The notes under the pieces: model-generated | Seen by the model: only the letters and a program-made list of their open reading frames with translations | The model's database searches: none | Told to the model about the DNA's origin: nothing | Made by a program: the position numbers and the translations under genes | Shown: positions 39,902 through 52,944 of the stretch, piece by piece | Layout of the letters: each line of letters opens with the position of its first letter | Position numbering within the stretch: position 1 is the first letter of the stretch | Assembly: GCA_964016885.1 (NCBI GenBank) | Contig: OZ024740.1 | Location: 48,856,001 to 48,920,000, forward strand | Direction: 5' to 3' | Source of the DNA: Eledone cirrhosa | Lineage: Eukaryota | DNA length: 64,000 bases

Positions 39902-40071
39902 TTGGTTGTCTTGCTCGTATAGGACTGTCTGGCAGGTTTTTTACGGCTGGATGCCCTTCCTAACACTAACCACGTTTACAGTATGGACTGGGAGGTTTTA
40001 CCGTGTTACCTACACAGCCACATTGCAGCGTGGACTGTTTTTTTTTTGTCGTGACACCTACACGACCTCAT
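39902..40071 (-). mobile_element. Inverted RTE 3' UTR fragment fused tail-to-tail with the preceding copy
   Basis: Reverse complement of ~39734-39901 with several substitutions. Confidence 0.88.
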
Positions 40072-40261
40072 CATTGTTTCAGACATAAATGAGTTTCGAA
40101 CACTCTTTTGTCATTGCTTCTGTAATAAAGTCCTGAGAAAAGCAAAGAGTGTTCAAGACTTACTTATGAGCATGTCTGAAACATAATAGAGATGGCTTTC
40201 CAGGTATACGGTCCTATTATTATTATTTATCACACTTTTGCTCTGGCAGACGTTATACCGA

Positions 40262-40578
40262 CACCAGTACAGCTCCTATGACTTTTGGAAACATTTTTTC
40301 ATGCTCAGAATTGCTGAAGCATGGAACAAACTACCTGCATCAATTGTTAGCTGTCAGGATCAGGACACTGCATCCTTCAAAACTTCCATGCTTCCTGAAA
40401 TCCACCAACACTACACCTGATATCCCCCCTCCATACACACACATGCATGTGTCTGTGTGTATATCATGACTCATACACTGTTCACATTCCTGACATTTGT
40501 ACATTGTTCTGTGTACTATACATGCACCTTTGATGAATTGTAGTGCACCTGAGCACTGTACACAATAATTTCATTATA
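40262..40578 (+). mobile_element. CR1/L2-type LINE 3' end fragment
   Basis: Matches ~2500-2810 (HFFMLRIAEAWNKLP plus tail). Confidence 0.85.
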
Positions 40579-42805
40579 TTTATCGTTATTGTAATGGACG
40601 AAACGATGATGAATTAGAGAACAAATGGCAAACTGCATGCAACATGGAACGAAATTGAAACAACAATGGAACATGCCTAGTTTGAGCTGTATTCCTTTAA
40701 TATATGTCAGTTTTCAGTTGTTTCATACACATTTCAACCACCAGAGATTTTAAATAACACATTTAAATTAATATTTTTAGTACTAAAATACCATATTGTC
40801 TGAACTTGTGTGCATTGTTTTTTCGAGTGTTCCAGAATTCCATTGTATACAATATATAGTCTAAAGTTTTAAGTTGAAATCATTCAGAGAATGGATATTT
40901 AAAATGATTATATTATAGAGATAATTTAATAATGTTATTGAAACATTAAAATGATGTAATAGTATTTGCAACATGTTACCTAGTAGGAATATTTATGAAT
41001 CATTGTTCTATAATTAGTTACGCCACTAAAGCGTTATTGAAAATGATGAATATTAATGACAATAAAACGTTATTGAAAATGACAATAAAACATTATTGAA
41101 AATGAATATTAATGACAAATAAGGGATAGGGCACAACATTTTTCATTTTTTAACACACATACAATGAAATATTATTTAACTGAATTGTTCAATACAACTG
41201 ATGAACTCATTTTAAGGAGCATGATTTTAAACATTTATATCTTAATTCTATCATCATCATCATCATTTAACATCCATTTTCCCTGCTTGCAAGGGTTGGA
41301 TGGGTTATTACAGACCAAGACAGTACTTAATCGGAGTCACTAGTCTCCCAGATGCACTTGGGGGCTACATTCCGCTACAGAGTGTGCTGGGTGCATTTTG
41401 TGGCACCAGCACCAGGGAGGTTGTCATGTCTTACACATAACTGAAGAGTCCTCCCGACTCTTTGTTTGGCAAGTTTTCTATGACTGGATGCCCTTCTTAT
41501 TACCAACCACTTCACAGAGTGTACCTGTTGCATTTTATCATCAAGACCATAACAATATGTAGAAAAACTGGGTTCATACCAGGTGACACCCAAATAAGAA
41601 CAGGGAGGCCCCTCATTTTACAGTCCCCAGCAGCTAGTTGCATCTCTCCAATTTGAGCCAATTGGTGTAAGTATGTTGTATACCGAAGAGAGCAACTGAA
41701 AATAAATCTTCATTCACAATATGGTTTAACAGGAAAAATAATACTTATGAAAGCAAATTAAATTGTAACAGTGGATGGTGTGGTTCTAAAGGGTATAAAT
41801 GTGAGGTGCTTGTTTGTTACATTACAGGCAAGGGTTTCATAGTAGATGGTGGTTTGAGACTTGATTGCAAATTTCAATATGTTATATATGTTATTCAATG
41901 TGGTAAGTGCGGTTTGCAATATGTGAAATGGATGTCTCACTAGAGTCTAGTATTTGAAGTATGCATTACAGGGTTAAATTTGAGTGTCACATTTTACATG
42001 TGTAAGCATAGGATATATTCATTTGGGTATTGGCAATATACTCTCATACTCATTTTGTACTATTGCATGGTCAGACATGCTTTCCAGCATAGTTACATCC
42101 CTTTACGATCTGAGTTCAAATCCCGCCAAGGTTAACTTTGCCTTTCATCCTTACGGGGTTGATAAAATAAAGTACCAGTAATGTACTGGGTAATTGCTGG
42201 CCTTGTGCCAAAAGTAGAAACAATTATTACAAAGTGAATATGGATATTTAAATGCTACTATGAAGAGCTCATTCCTTAACACTAATTAATCGAGAAATAC
42301 ATGAATAATACTTTTTTTTTATGTGACAATGGAATCTTGGATTTATAGAGAAAGATAAGTTCATTTAAAAAGAAATATATTTAATGACTAAAATCTATTC
42401 ATTAGAATATAATTTATACCTATATTATATCATTATTCTATATTCTGAGTTCAAATTCATCTGGGGTTGTCAGAATCCTTCAATCAATTCAAGTTGATAC
42501 AATAAAACTTAATATATTTTGTGGTTGATTTAATTAAGTAAATCCTCTTACTACCTATGTGTTTCAATTAATTTTGAAAATAAAAAACAAAACATGAAAG
42601 AATTTAATAAAATAGCTAAATTTTTCATAAGTAAGTTAGTATTTAGAACATTTCTTAACAAAAATGTCTTAAATAAAATTATGATAGAAGATTTCAATAT
42701 AAGTTTAAACATTAGATTTCATCTAGCTTCACTGCAACCATCCTCTCAATGAATTTACAAAAATTGTATGTTGTAAAATACAAATCTGCAAATCAGAGTA
42801 GACAC

Positions 42806-43148
42806 ATCATCATCATCATCATCATTTTACGTCCACTTTTTCCTTGCTTGCAAGGGTGGGACGGGAACTGATTCTGGCTTGATTTCTACAGCTGGATGCC
42901 CTTCCTAACACCAACCTCATTTACAGTGAGTGCTGGGTGGTTTTTGCCGTGGTACCTACACGACCACTTTGCAGTGGAATGATAGGGACCCCAGTCCCTA
43001 TCATCTCATTTCTACAGCTGAGTAAACTGGAGCAATGTGAAATAAAGTGTCTTGCTCAAGGAAACAACACATCACCCGGTCTGAGAATTGAACTCACAAC
43101 CTTTCGATTGCAAGGCCAATGTTCTAACCACTAAGCTATGTGCCTCCA
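42806..43148 (-). mobile_element. Full-length tRNA SINE with RTE-like tail (same family as 15122-15462)
   Basis: Near reverse complement of 15122-15462. Confidence 0.88.
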
Positions 43149-43619
43149 TATGTTACATATTGGATAAACAGAGTAGTGTGGGAAGACAAAGAATGCTCTG
43201 AACTGTACTGTTTCATTGCCACATCCAATGCATAGTTTGAAGGAAAGGAGAGAGAGAGATCATGATAGTTAGCTGTAGAGGCAAGGTAACATTACTGAAA
43301 TATCCAATGCCTTCTCTTGTCCCACAGCCATCATGATGGTATTAGAGGGTTGGTGCTGACAGAAGTGTAGAATGATCATTGATAATGGGTAATGGGTGAA
43401 GTTGTGAGAGAGGTAGTAAGAATGATGATGTTCATGATAATGATAATGGGTGGTGGTGGTGTAGTAGAGAGTTATAGCTGAGGAAGAACTAGTGATAGTG
43501 ATAAAGGGAAAGAAAGAAATGAAGGCTGATTGAATACAAAGCCAATGCCATCAGTAAGGCCATGTGAGATGTGAGTGGGTAGCAGATAAGGCAGGAGATG
43601 GAGATTCAATGGGTGTATA

Positions 43620-44340
43620 ATGTTTGAGAGGTCCAATACACCCAGCTTTCACCTCCACCATCTTAATGACCTTTTTGCTTTCTTGCACCAGTAAGTGCAC
43701 ACAGACCTCTTATGTGAACATACCAGCAATCTTTTCTCCTGTACACTCTTATCTGATACCTCTTATATCTAGCTTTTCTCTCAATTTATTTATGTTCCAT
43801 CATTCGTGCACAGTAATGTTACATATCCACTAGAGCATATTTACTTTAATTCTTTCCAGCCATTGCAAATTTTCTGTATTCAAAGTTAACATCTCGCTAC
43901 CAGGCATTATCACAAATTATATACAAGTATCATACAATTTGCCCTTTGCTTTTGAAAGAGAAATCCTTTGTAGCAAATGGAGGTATACCCTGTTCTCATT
44001 TTGGCTATTAGGTTTTTGGTACAGCCACATCCACTGCTAATGAGGTCTCCTAAGAAACAAAAGTTATCAACTACTTCTAGTGAACCTTCTGAGCATTTGA
44101 GTGAAATTATTTCATATTTAACATTACTGCTGACTACTCCTGTCATAGACAAAGCCTACCATCTCTTTGAGGCTCCTTGTGATGCCACCTCTTGTGCATT
44201 CAATATACACACTGCAAAAACTACAGATTTTCTACTACTTTTCTAAGTAGCTCATCCATTTTCCTCATGGTAGTAGAACCCCATTTTCTTTCTTACTAAA
44301 ACTTTAGTTTTTGATAGGTTTACTTTGAGGTATTCTGATT
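43620..44340 (-). mobile_element. Old RTE LINE relic
   Basis: SLEVVDNFCFLGDLISSGCGC resembles the RT segment IEIVDSFRYLGDKISSGGGC. Confidence 0.7.
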
Positions 44341-47300
44341 TTTTTCCCTGTTTTTATTTTTTATTTTTATTAGTGGTAATAAAAACTATTTTGTATATTG
44401 AAGCAAAAATATTAATGCATACTTTTCATAAGTGGAAACTTTAAATAAATTTAAAATTTGAAACAGAATATAAAAGTTGTTAAATATTAGATGTCATTGT
44501 AACATAAGTATACCTAAAACAAAAACTGTTTTCTTAAATACTAAATATAAAATTGGGAATACAATGTTATTCTCACTGTGGAACCAGTGTATATATGGAC
44601 TGTAGAGAAAGCAACTTGGATCATATTCCTACAAGAACTGAATTTAAACTGTTTGCCCATGAAAAATGATAATAACTAACAATAATGGATCAAACATTTC
44701 TCAATTCAGATTACACAATTAAAACATGTATGCTGTTTCTCTGCATTTGTTTGTTCTGTGTTCTCTTTTTCTAATTAAATATGCATGCCACATTCAGCTT
44801 TGCTACACTATCTATTTCTTACCAAGTAAACATAATCTTTGCAATAAATTGCCTACTATTGCACCCTTGAGCTGCATCTTAGAATTGCATTGTGAAATTG
44901 CATCCATGTACTGTACATTAGAATTGCATCTTTCTGAAAATCTTTCTTAATTTCTATTTTTTTTCAAATATTAATTAACTCAAAACAATTGAAAGTAAAT
45001 ATCTTACTTCCTCACCCCTTCCATCAAACCATGGAATGTTCTTCTCTGCTTCTATATAAAAACAAAAACACACAAAAATGACTGTGTTGGTATGGTCATG
45101 TTATGTGTATGGAAGATGACAGCTGTATAAAGAAGTGCAGAGAAATCTCAGTGGATGGGATCGATAGAAGAGGCTGACTCAAGAAGACTGCAGGACTGAA
45201 TTTACCTGTAAAATCCTAACACTAGTTTTAGCCCCACTTCCACTCCTAAAATCCTAACACACCAGTCACAATTATCCATCTTCTTTAGTGTAGAGAGGGC
45301 TCTTCAGTTGACTCAATCACCAAAACCTCCTTAGCACTGGTGCCATGAGAAATGCACCTAGGACACCCTTTAAGGCAGCTGATAACAGGAAGGGCACCCC
45401 ACTGTAGAAACTATGCCAAAAGGGTCAAGAGGACTCCAGTTGTGTCAACAATAGGACAACCTTTCTAGTGTTGGTAATTCACGTAATAAATGCACTCAGT
45501 ATACTCTCTGTAAAATAGTTGGTGATACAAACGCACTAGCCTTGAAATCTCACCAAACAAAGAGGTAAAAGGACTCTTCAAATGTGTTCAGGCATGATAA
45601 CTTCCTAGTGTTGGTGATTTACATGATAAATGCGTCCAGTATACTCTCTGTAAGGTGGTTGGTGATAGGAAGGGCATCCAGTTACAGAAAACCTGCTAAA
45701 CAAAAAGTTTAATATTAACTAAATAAGCATTCAATACCAAAAGCGGAGAAACTATTTCACTTTTTAAGCAAAAAGAGGCAAGTGACTTTGAAGTTTCAAA
45801 TGTAATGCCTCTTCTGAGAACTATAAATATATATCAGCATCATCATCATTCAATGTCTGTTTTCCCTGCTAGCAAAGATTGGACAGGTCATCACAGACCG
45901 AGTTAGTACTGAAGCAGAGCTACTGATCACTCAGATGGGCTGGGTACTCGGGCAGGTTGAGGCCTGCATCTTGCTTACAAAATGTTTCCATCCTCTACCA
46001 AGTGCATTTTTTTGTGGCCCCAAAACTAGGGAGGTTAGCATGTTTTTGACACAGCCGAAACATCCTCTCAACTTTTTGTTTTGTAGCCAGGGCCAGAAAC
46101 CTGTGGCTTTGAAGCTACATGCAGCTTTTTAGTCTACCTCAAGTGGCTTATTTTATTAAGTTTGGAATATTGTAATAAAATAAAAGCCACAACTTATAAT
46201 CTGAGCACTGAAGCAATTTCCAATAAGATTCAAAACTAAATGTCACAATGTGTGAGAAAAAAGTTAGCAAATTTAAAATTGTGTTTGTATATATTTTTGT
46301 TTATAATAGATTATGCTGTTCCTATAGTCTCAAATATTTTCTTTTAGGCTAAAAATAGCTCTTCAGATTGAAAAGATTCTCTGCCTCGTAAAAATATTAA
46401 GTCAGTTCCAGTACTTATTTGGTACTTTATTGCTTGGAGAAGACTGGGAGAGACACCCATATCAATTGGTTATATTGACTCTAGTATTTGACTGATATAT
46501 TTATATATATATTATCAACCCTGTCTAACACAGTAGACTATATTACTAACATATAAGTGGATAGAATTTTGATGTAATTATTTGCAAATAGTTTCTCTAC
46601 TATTCACAAAAATTCAATGTTCTTCTCAGTAACATTATCATCTAATGAAAACAGTTAAGTGATGATATTTGTCTAATGTATTAAGTGATATTCTATAATA
46701 GCTTTGACTTTTAGATTGCATAGTAAAATCCATGACCAATGTTGTTTTCACTCTCAACGCTAATAATATTTTTTAATCTGTCATACACTTTAACACCACC
46801 AACTTACCCTTGGGTGCCTTTGGTGGAATCCACAATGTTGCAAGCAATTGGGCCAGATCCAGCTATTGCTGGTACTCATTTTCAGCTGAGTATACTGGAG
46901 CAACATAAAATAAAGTGTTTGCTCAGGAACACAAAATATAACCCGGTCCAGGAATCAAACCCACATTATGATTGTAAGTCCAACACCCTAATCACTAGGC
47001 TACATGCCTTGACTTATATATAAATATATATATATATGGGATAGCAAATTATCGTTATAGTTAATCCAGTTAGAGGTTGTGAATACTCCGTATTGTGGAT
47101 AGTTTTAGCGTACGGCGTTGTTTGACTCAACAAGAGGTTTCCGTAGGTAGCGAGTTTGTTAGTTCTCGGGAATTCCTATGCAGGTTAATCTTGGAGTAAT
47201 AATAGTGAAAGAGTGAAGAATAACATGGTCAACAATACAAAAAGGGGTTTTATTTACAGTATTAACAATTGTTTCATTGATTAAGTTGTCTAAAAATTGC

Positions 47301-47631
47301 TAACCACTTGGTGTCATTCAATTTTAAATACAATGTATGCTTAACAAAATCATGAGATAAACTGATTAAAATTATACACAGCGTTTGTAATATACTAGGA
47401 AAATTCAAATCACAACATCAATAATAAAGAAAGAAAAAGAGAGAGAGAAACAGAAAAAATAATAAATAAATAATAATTAGGTTAGAATGAAGATGATAAA
47501 AAATAAATAAATAAATTTATGTGTGCGAAAAAAAGTGAACATAATGTGATTGTTGAAAATAGTTGTGGTGTTGGTGGTTAAAATATAAAGATGTGATGGT
47601 ATAAACATGAAAATATTAAATATATACATGT

Positions 47632-50600
47632 TGCGGCCGCGGATGGCCAACATAACCCCAACCCCATCAACCACACCCCTCCCTGCACCCCACCCACCAA
47701 ACGCAATCCAAAACTTCAGAGTTGGTACCATGAATGTAGGGACCTTAAAAGGCCGCTCAAACGAGGTTGTAGAAATGCTTGAACGTAAGGAGGTTGATGT
47801 CTGCTGCATCCAAGAGACCAGGTGGAGGGGCGGGTCTGCTAGATTCATTGTGGGTAAAAAACGATGCTATAAGCTTTTCTGGGTGGGAAATGACAATGGG
47901 CTGGGTGGGGTAGGAATCATGTTAGCAGAAAAATTGGTGGATAAGATAATAGATGTAAATAGAGTAAACGACAGAATAATTAAAATAAGACTTGTTCTAA
48001 ATAGAACTACTGTGACGATAATATCTGCGTACGCGCCCCAATCCGGACTGCCTGGCGCTATAAAAGACACTTTCTATGAGACACTGATGCTCACTACCTC
48101 CCAAATAACCGACAGTGACTATATAATTATTGCTGGCGACCTAAATGGTCACGTTGGACAACATTGTGACGGCTATGATGAAATCCATGGAGGCTATGGG
48201 TTTGGTACTAGAAATGAGGAAGGCTCCAGAATCCTGGAATTCTGTGACGCAAATAACCTAACAATCTGTAACACTAACTTCAAAAAACGAGACAATCACT
48301 TGATCACCTACAGATCAGGGGAACATACCAGCCAGGTAGATTATATCCTTACCAGAAGACGTGACAGAGTGACTGTTGTAAACACTAAATCCCTCCCCCA
48401 TGAAGAATGCACCTCCCAACATAGACTGATAATTAGCGACCTCATAGTCAGGACGAGACGTACTCGACAGCAGAAGAGGACTATCCTCAAGAGAAAAATA
48501 TGGAAGCTAAAGGACCCCACAGCCAGAAATAAATTTCAAAGCATATTACTTGATGCTTTCGACAGTAAGAAAGAGCATTTAGAGTCGGACAATATAGAGG
48601 GACAGTGGGAATTCCTGAAAGCAAACCTGCTGATGGCGGCAGACGAAGTCTGTGGCTGGAGCAGGCCTATAGGCAGGAGGAGAGTAACATGGTGGTGGAA
48701 CAGTAAGGTGAAGGAGTCGATTAAGGCCAAAAAGCAGGCTTGGAAAATATGGCGGTATGGGGGAAGTAGAGAAGACTATCAAGTGGCCAGGAGGGAAGCT
48801 AGGAGACAAGTGTACTTTGCAAGAAGGGAAGCAGAGGAAAGAAAGTTCAAGCATGTTCTACAACGCGAGGACCAAAAACGTGAGGTGTTCAGGATTGCTA
48901 GGCAATGTGTCAAAGAAAACCGTGATATTGTTGGGGAGAAGTGTGTACTAAATGACGATGGCGTACTCGCCATCACTGACGCTGATAAGAAGGTCGCTTG
49001 GAAGTGTCACTACGAGAGGCTACTAAATGAGGAGAATAAATGGGAGAAGGATAGTCTCCCCCAGATCGATCCAATAGAGGGACCAGCAGTGCTAGTTGAA
49101 GGTAGTATAATAAGTAAGGCAATCAAAGATATGAAGACGGGTAAGGCGGCTGGGCCTTCGGAAATAGTTGCTGAGATGCTGAAGGCCTCTGGAACGGTGG
49201 GACACACCATGGTCAACTGGATAGTAAACCAAGTCATACAGAATGGGGTTGTTCCGAAGGACTGGCGTAGCAGCATCATCATTAACTGTTACAAGGGTAA
49301 AGGAGACGCCCTAGATAGGAGTAACTATAGAGGGATTAAATTAATCGACCAGGTCATGAAGGTCACGGAAAAAGTAATAGTGCAACTAATCAGAGAGAGA
49401 ATCGATCTAGATGAAATGCAGTTCGGGTTTGTGTCAGGCAAAAGTATCACAGACGCTCTTTTCATTGTACGACAACTACAGGAGAAGTACCTAGCTAAAA
49501 GTAAACCCCTATACTTAGCATTTGTCGACTTGGAGAAAGCCTTCGACAGAGTCCCCCGTTCCATTATCTGGTGGGCTCTTAGAAAACTAGGTGTTGACGA
49601 ATGGCTTGTGAGAGCTATACAAGCCATGTATAAAGAAACAGTGAGCAAGGTTAGAATTAACAACGAATATAGTGAAGAGTTTAGCGTAAAAGTTGGTGTC
49701 CATCAGGGCTCTGTTCTTAGCCCCCTACTATTCATTATTGCTCTTCAGGCTATAACAGAGGAGTTCAAGACCGGCTGCCCATGGGAACTCCTATACGCAG
49801 ATGACCTAACGCTCATAGCTGAATCAATGGCCGAGCTAGAGAAGAAATTCCAAACATGGAAGCACGGCCTAGAATCAAAAGGCCTTAAAATTAACATGGC
49901 TAAGACTAAAGTTCTAGTTTGTAGGAAAGAAAATAAGGCGCCAGTCCCTTCCGGGAAATGGCCATGCTCAGTGTGTAGGAAAGGCGTAGGTAGAAACTCC
50001 ATTTTATGTCCCAAATGCAAAGTATGGGTGCATAAAAGATGTAGTGGGATCACAGGTAAGCTAACTAAGAACACAGATTTTACATGTGGCCGGTACTCTG
50101 GTGCAATAAGTAGCAGCAAGTGCCCACAAAAAACTAGCTCTTTCAACTGCGCAGAGGGTTCTATAGAAATAGTGGACAGCTTCCGTTACCTGGGTGACAA
50201 AATCAGCAGTGGGGGAGGGTGCTCCGAAAGTACAGTAGCTAGAGTCAGAACTGGATGGAAAAAGTTCAGAGAGCTTATACCACTACTAGCCGCTAAAGGG
50301 TTCTCCCTAAAAGTGAAAGGCAGGTTGTATGATGCCTGCATACGAACAGCAATGTTGCACGGCAGTGAGACCTGGGCATTGTGTGCAGAGGATATACGCA
50401 GACTAGAGAGGAACGAAGCTTGCATGCTCCGCTGGATGTGTAATAGTAATATACGCGAACGGCAAAGCATAAATGAACTAAGGAAAAAATTAGAAATAAG
50501 AGGGATCAGATGTTGTTTACTCGAGAGAAGGCTACGTTGGTATGGTCACGTGATGCGCATGAAAGACGACAGCTGTATAACAAAGTGCAGGGTGATCAAA

Positions 50601-51241
50601 AATAGATGGTAACTACAGAGTAGGCAGACCCAGAAAAACCTGGGACGAGCTGATAAATTCCGACCTCACACACTTACACCTCTCCAAGACAATGTCACTG
50701 GACCGAGAGCTTTGGCGGTACTCAGTAATAGAGAAGACCCGCGTTACCTAAATACAAAGTAAAACCTACTACAGTCAGTAGGCATCTCTAACAAAATACA
50801 CCCCCGTCCCACCACTCCCACCCCATCCACACCGCCCCTTTCAATGTAAAGTTATGTTGGTGCCAGAAAATCCAGGCCGAAACAAATGAGATCGTGTAGG
50901 TGTCACGACAAAAAAACACACAGTCCACGCTGTAATGTGACTGTGTAGGCAACACGGTAAAAACCTCCCAGTCCCACACTGTAAATGTGGTTGGTGTTAG
51001 GAAGGGCATCCAGCTGTAGAAAACCTGCCAGACAGTCCACGCTGTAATGTGGCCATGTAGGCAACACGGTAAAAACCTCCCAGCCCCACACTGTAAATGT
51101 GGTTGGTGTTAGGAAGGGCATCCAACTGTAGAAAACCCGCCAGACAGTCCTATGCGAGCAAGACAACCACTCTTGCCTCAAGTGGGAAAACTCCCGTCCA
51201 AACCCATGCAAGCATGGAACACGGACGTTAAACGATGATGA
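47632..51241 (+). mobile_element. Near full-length RTE LINE (APE endonuclease, RT, Cys/His-rich insert, 3' UTR, (GAT)n tail)
   Basis: 1001-aa ORF 47607..50612 with GTMNVGTL, QETRW, GDLNGHVG, SQVDYIL, DLEKAFDRV, HQGSVLSP and YADD; possible imperfect TSD atatat(a/g)cat. Confidence 0.95.
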
Positions 51242-51484
51242 TATATGCATTGGTTAAATTAATAAATTAATAAATTGGAAGTTATGTTAGAAGTGAAGAG
51301 AATACGATAGGATATAATGTAAGAGGTGAAATATATTGAGTGAAAGAGAGAAAAGTTAGGAGGTTATGATGTTGATTCATTGATTAGTTGATTTATTGAC
51401 AGTTAATAACAATAATAATGGGTTATTATAATAGACTCAGGTGGTACAGTTTGAATTATGGAATTGTTGGGTCAAATCAAGTTG

Positions 51485-51705
51485 GTTTGAAATTAACGAA
51501 TTTAGTAGCTGTTTTATGCCTGCAGAAAATTGATCATTCAATTTTGCTGTTAAGCAGCATTTTGTCATATTTTAAAATATTGCAAAGTCTGCAGTGGGAC
51601 ATTCCATTTCTGTAGGCCTTTGCCCCTGACAGTTTCGACCAGCTAATCCAGTATTCTTAGTTTGTATCTTTAAGCTGCCATATTTTATTGGCGAGCGTTG
51701 TGTGT
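51485..51705 (-). mobile_element. Penelope-like GIY-YIG endonuclease C-terminal relic
   Basis: Minus strand reads HTTLANKIWQLKDTN*EYWISWSKLSGAKAYRNGMSHCRLC...LLNSKIE*SIFCRHK, the C-x2-C...LN...CRH pattern of Penelope ORF ends. Confidence 0.6.
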
Positions 51706-52138
51706 GAATTTTGCATACCTAACGATATATGGTATGTTTAATAAATAAACATTTTGAAAGCCTCAGCTATCAATAGATGACTGATGGTCAGTGCCGCCTA
51801 GTGGTGCCCAGCAGAAGCAAGGGGGATAATTGTCTATACATTTCGAGCTCTGGCTCTCATCAGGATAATGCTTCCCTCTTCCTACTGCTGGACTTTGAGA
51901 CAAGCGAAAATATATAGTTTTTCGCCTGTGTAAATGTACTGATGAGCCTTATTTGCATACAAAGCTGTATAAGTTGGCTCAACTTAAAATAGAATTAGAA
52001 TTTAACTATGAATTCTATTTTTAAGCTGGACACCGCTAAGCAGTACTGACCATCAGTCTTCTATTCATAGCTGTGACTTTCAAAATGTTTATTTATTAAA
52101 AATACTGTATATTTTTAGACATACAAAACTCACAGACA
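51701..52138. repeat. Imperfect inverted repeat (~110-bp arms), MITE/fold-back-like
   Basis: ataaataaacattttgaaag...gactgatggtcagt pairs with actgaccatcagtc...ctttcaaaatgtttatttat. Confidence 0.8.
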
Positions 52139-52694
52139 TATTTATATACAGCTATGACAAAGCTAAATTCTAATATATATATATATACATAAAAGAGCAA
52201 AATTGCAACGTACACTCTTAAAAAATAGAATAAAATAATAAAATTCTTAAATGCATCAAGTGTGATGAAAAGATGGGATAATGACAGCTGGATCAGGGAT
52301 GACTTGATCCAGCAGACTTATGCAAATCGAGCACATTTCATAAACATTTCTTTAAAATAGTTATTTTACAGAGTTATTTTATAGAGTGTAGAGTGGCTGA
52401 GTGGATGTGTTTTACTAAGTTGTCAGTCTAGCTTCTTTTGATATGTCAATATGGTGTTAACAGTGACAAAAGCAAACAAGGTATACTCAGTTTGTATGTG
52501 ATAATGTTTGATATCACATTCGTGTAACCCATGCCAGCATGGAAAAATGGGCGTTAAATGATGATGATGATCACAATATAACATTAGTTAGTGAAAATAT
52601 TTAACTGTCTTCAAAATGACTTATATTTTTACTTTTAATTTCATCTAGATAATAAACATATTATTTATTTTGTTTTACTCCCTTTGTATTTCAG

Positions 52695-52944
52695 ATTTGA
52701 GCTTCATAATATTAGACTGGCCAAATGGTTGAGTTCCATACATTTATGCAGTATGGATGCTCACTATTTTCTTATTTATGTAACAGTTCTGATATCATAC
52801 ACAGCTGAAAATAGGTTATTAGCACCTGAATCTCTTTTCATTATCATGCCTCTGATGCGCACATTAGCATTCAGTATGCTATTTTTTGTGTACATTGCCA
52901 TCAGAAATTTAAATGAGACCAAAGCAAGTGTTCAAAGAATCCAG
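52695..52944 (+). CDS. ABCC4: ABCC4-like exon 8 variant A (TM5-TM6)
   Basis: tttcag|A TTT GAG CTT CAT AAT...AGA ATC CAG|gtaaaa; 250 bp, open frame, ends ETKASVQRIQ (MRP4 EAIVSIRRIQ). Confidence 0.88.

Noticed and set aside
40075-40183. Small imperfect inverted repeat (tgtttcagacat...atgtctgaaaca)
   Set aside because: Probably a tiny decayed MITE; no second copy or clear TSD in the window
34919-52694. Additional exon-8 copies, or docking/selector sequences, in intron 7
   Set aside because: Candidate AG sites checked by eye (e.g. ~35034, ~37628, ~46348) hit early stops, and I could not see a shared complementary motif; a computational search is still needed
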